From Candidatus Omnitrophota bacterium (lineage in GTDB: Bacteria > Omnitrophota > Omnitrophia > Omnitrophales > Aquincolibacteriaceae), in the NCBI GenBank assembly GCA_041674705.1, contig JBAYVF010000001.1:65238-129237 (forward strand): a DNA stretch of 64,000 nt, written 5' to 3'. This document shows positions 62,625 through 64,000 of the stretch, one piece after another (within the stretch, counting starts at the first letter, position 1; the number at the start of each line of letters is the position of its first letter). A model generated the notes under the pieces. The model worked only from the letters and a program-made list of their open reading frames with translations. It did not search any database and was not told the origin of the DNA. The position numbers and the translations under genes were made by a program.

Positions 62625-62696
62625 GCCGCAAGTCACAAGGCCACAAAGCCACATGACGGAAAACCTTCGTGTGGCATGTGGCATGTGCCGTGTGGC
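62625..62696. repeat. Word-hairpin element (GCCACA / TGTGGC family)
   Basis: gccgcaagtcacaaggccacaaagccacatgac ... gtgtggcatgtggcatgtgccgtgtggc. Confidence 0.75.
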
Positions 62697-62716
62697 CATA
62701 ATCTTTGGGTGCTAAA

Positions 62717-64000
62717 ATGACCACTGATCGCCAGAAGATGGAAGTCGATGTTGTTTGCGTGGGGTTTGGGCCTGCCACGGCAGGTTTTTTGAATGCCCTG
62801 ACCCAAGCCATGCAGCAGGATCCTACCGCCGAGCATTTTCAAAGCAAGGCGATGCCGGGCATGCCGCTTCAGGTGATCTGCTACGAACGAGCCGATGATA
62901 TCGGTTTTGGCGTTTCGGGGATCGTGACCGAGGCGAAGGGAATCAAAGCCGCATTTACCGCCGAAGAGCTTTCGCAAGTCCCGATGGCGCACCCGGTGAA
63001 GCATGAAGAAGTCTATTATCTTCTCGATCCCGTGGGCGCGAGCCGCCGTTCCTGGGTCCTCAAGATCGTTGATCGGCTTTTCCGCACTTTTGGTTTTATC
63101 CTTCCTTGGTACAAAGATCAGGCGTTCCAGCTTCCTTTCATTCCTCCTTTCATGGCCAAACATGGTGGTTGGGTGCTTTCGATGGGCCAGTTCACGCAGT
63201 GGCTGGGATCGAACCTCATGGGTTCCGGCCTTGTGCAAGTGTGGCCCGGGATGCCGGTGAAGGAACCTCTTTTTGATTCTAATCGTGTGGTGGGCGTGAG
63301 ACTCGCCGACCAAGGTGTTGAAAAATCCGGAAAGCCCACGGGCGCCTTCATGCCCGGTATGGATATCCACGCAGGGCTCACGGTCGTGGGCGATGGTCCT
63401 TACGGCCCTGTGGGACAAAGTTTGGATACGAAGCTTGGGCTCCCTGAAGGCAATCACCAGCGGGAATGGGCGCTTGGCATGAAAGCCGTGGTGGAACTGC
63501 CTGAAAATACCATGCTCGAGCCGGGGACGGTCCTTCATACGTTCGGTTTTCCTGAGCCGGAGATCTTCGGCTTTCTTTATGTGTATCCCAATCGCATGGC
63601 GTCCGTCGGAATTTTTGTTCCATCCTGGCTGGACAATCCGATGCGCTCAGCCTACCGTTACCTTCAGCACTGGATGCAGCATCCCAAGCTTTGGAAGCAT
63701 CTTCAGGGCGCGACCTTGAAATCCTGGGGTGGCAAGAGCCTTCAGGAAGCCGGCATGCGCGGCGAGCCTTTCATTGTGGGGGATGGTTTTGCGCGGATCG
63801 GCGAAGGTTCCGGGAGCACGAACATGCTCAAGGGCTCGGGAGTCGACGAGGCCTGGACCACAGGGGTTCAGCTTGCCGAGGGTATGATCCAACTGCTTAA
63901 GGAAAAGAAACCTTTTACTAAAGAAAATCTGGAAGCGACCTATTTAAAAACCCGCCGTGCGAGCTGGGTCGAGAAAGACAACAAGATCGCGAAAAAAGCG
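62717..64000 (+). CDS. Electron-transfer flavoprotein:ubiquinone oxidoreductase-like FAD protein (3' end off-window)
   Basis: Not in the ORF track because there is no stop within the window. My own translation from ATG 62717 is open to 64000. It reads MTTDRQKMEVDVVCVGFGPATAG (FAD Rossmann) ... VVGDGPYGPVGQ ... FGFPEPEIFGFLYVYPNRMASVGIFVPSWLDNP, which is ETF-QO-like. Confidence 0.65.
   Translation, partial: MTTDRQKMEVDVVCVGFGPATAGFLNALTQAMQQDPTAEHFQSKAMPGMPLQVICYERADDIGFGVSGIVTEAKGIKAAFTAEELSQVPMAHPVKHEEVYYLLDPVGASRRSWVLKIVDRLFRTFGFILPWYKDQAFQLPFIPPFMAKHGGWVLSMGQFTQWLGSNLMGSGLVQVWPGMPVKEPLFDSNRVVGVRLADQGVEKSGKPTGAFMPGMDIHAGLTVVGDGPYGPVGQSLDTKLGLPEGNHQREWALGMKAVVELPENTMLEPGTVLHTFGFPEPEIFGFLYVYPNRMASVGIFVPSWLDNPMRSAYRYLQHWMQHPKLWKHLQGATLKSWGGKSLQEAGMRGEPFIVGDGFARIGEGSGSTNMLKGSGVDEAWTTGVQLAEGMIQLLKEKKPFTKENLEATYLKTRRASWVEKDNKIAKKA

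Noticed and set aside
4623-62696. Possibility that the tandem-word repeats are CRISPR arrays.
   Set aside because: The repeated units are 6-12 nt, directly abutting and degenerate. They are arranged as two complementary arms around one loop. There are no unique spacers of 25-40 nt and no cas genes in the window.

Overview
Bacterial chromosomal segment, moderately GC-rich. It probably comes from an uncultivated lineage, but taxonomy cannot be established from the sequence alone. The backbone consists of: rplM-rpsI; an AsmA-like protein; rnc; a long biosynthetic operon argC-argJ-argB-argD-argF-argG-argH-lysA (4.8-14.4 kb); dapF-dapA-dapB (34.7-37.3 kb); two large outer-membrane-type proteins; uvrA; ftsH; rubrerythrin; class II aldolase; a GH57 glycosidase; and an acyl-CoA dehydrogenase followed by ETF-QO. 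About 20 kb of accessory DNA lies between lysA and dapF. It holds a RhuM/Doc toxin-antitoxin pair, a DUF1016_N-SNase nuclease with a duplicated nuclease module, and an XRE regulator. It also holds a visibly AT-richer block (about 17.4-26.1 kb) with two parts. The first is a six-gene same-strand operon (TM protein, Ser/Thr kinase, TM protein, diadenylate-cyclase-like protein, trypco2-like protein, MazG/DCTPP1-like pyrophosphatase). The second is a Dcm + MspI-like endonuclease + Vsr module. After that come SIMPL, Fic, carbonic anhydrase, HigBA-like and homospermidine synthase/ornithine decarboxylase genes. The six-gene operon is my best candidate for an undescribed conflict or signalling system. 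The second striking property of the window is its density of structured repeats. There are long hairpins built from degenerate short words at almost every operon junction, a 60-71 nt GTCAT...ATGAC nested palindrome family, and a roughly 170-nt element. Several of these sit in-frame inside housekeeping genes (three insertions in uvrA, one in argC, one in the DUF1016_N-SNase gene). All functional calls come from reading the translated ORFs and recalling family motifs. No database search was run.
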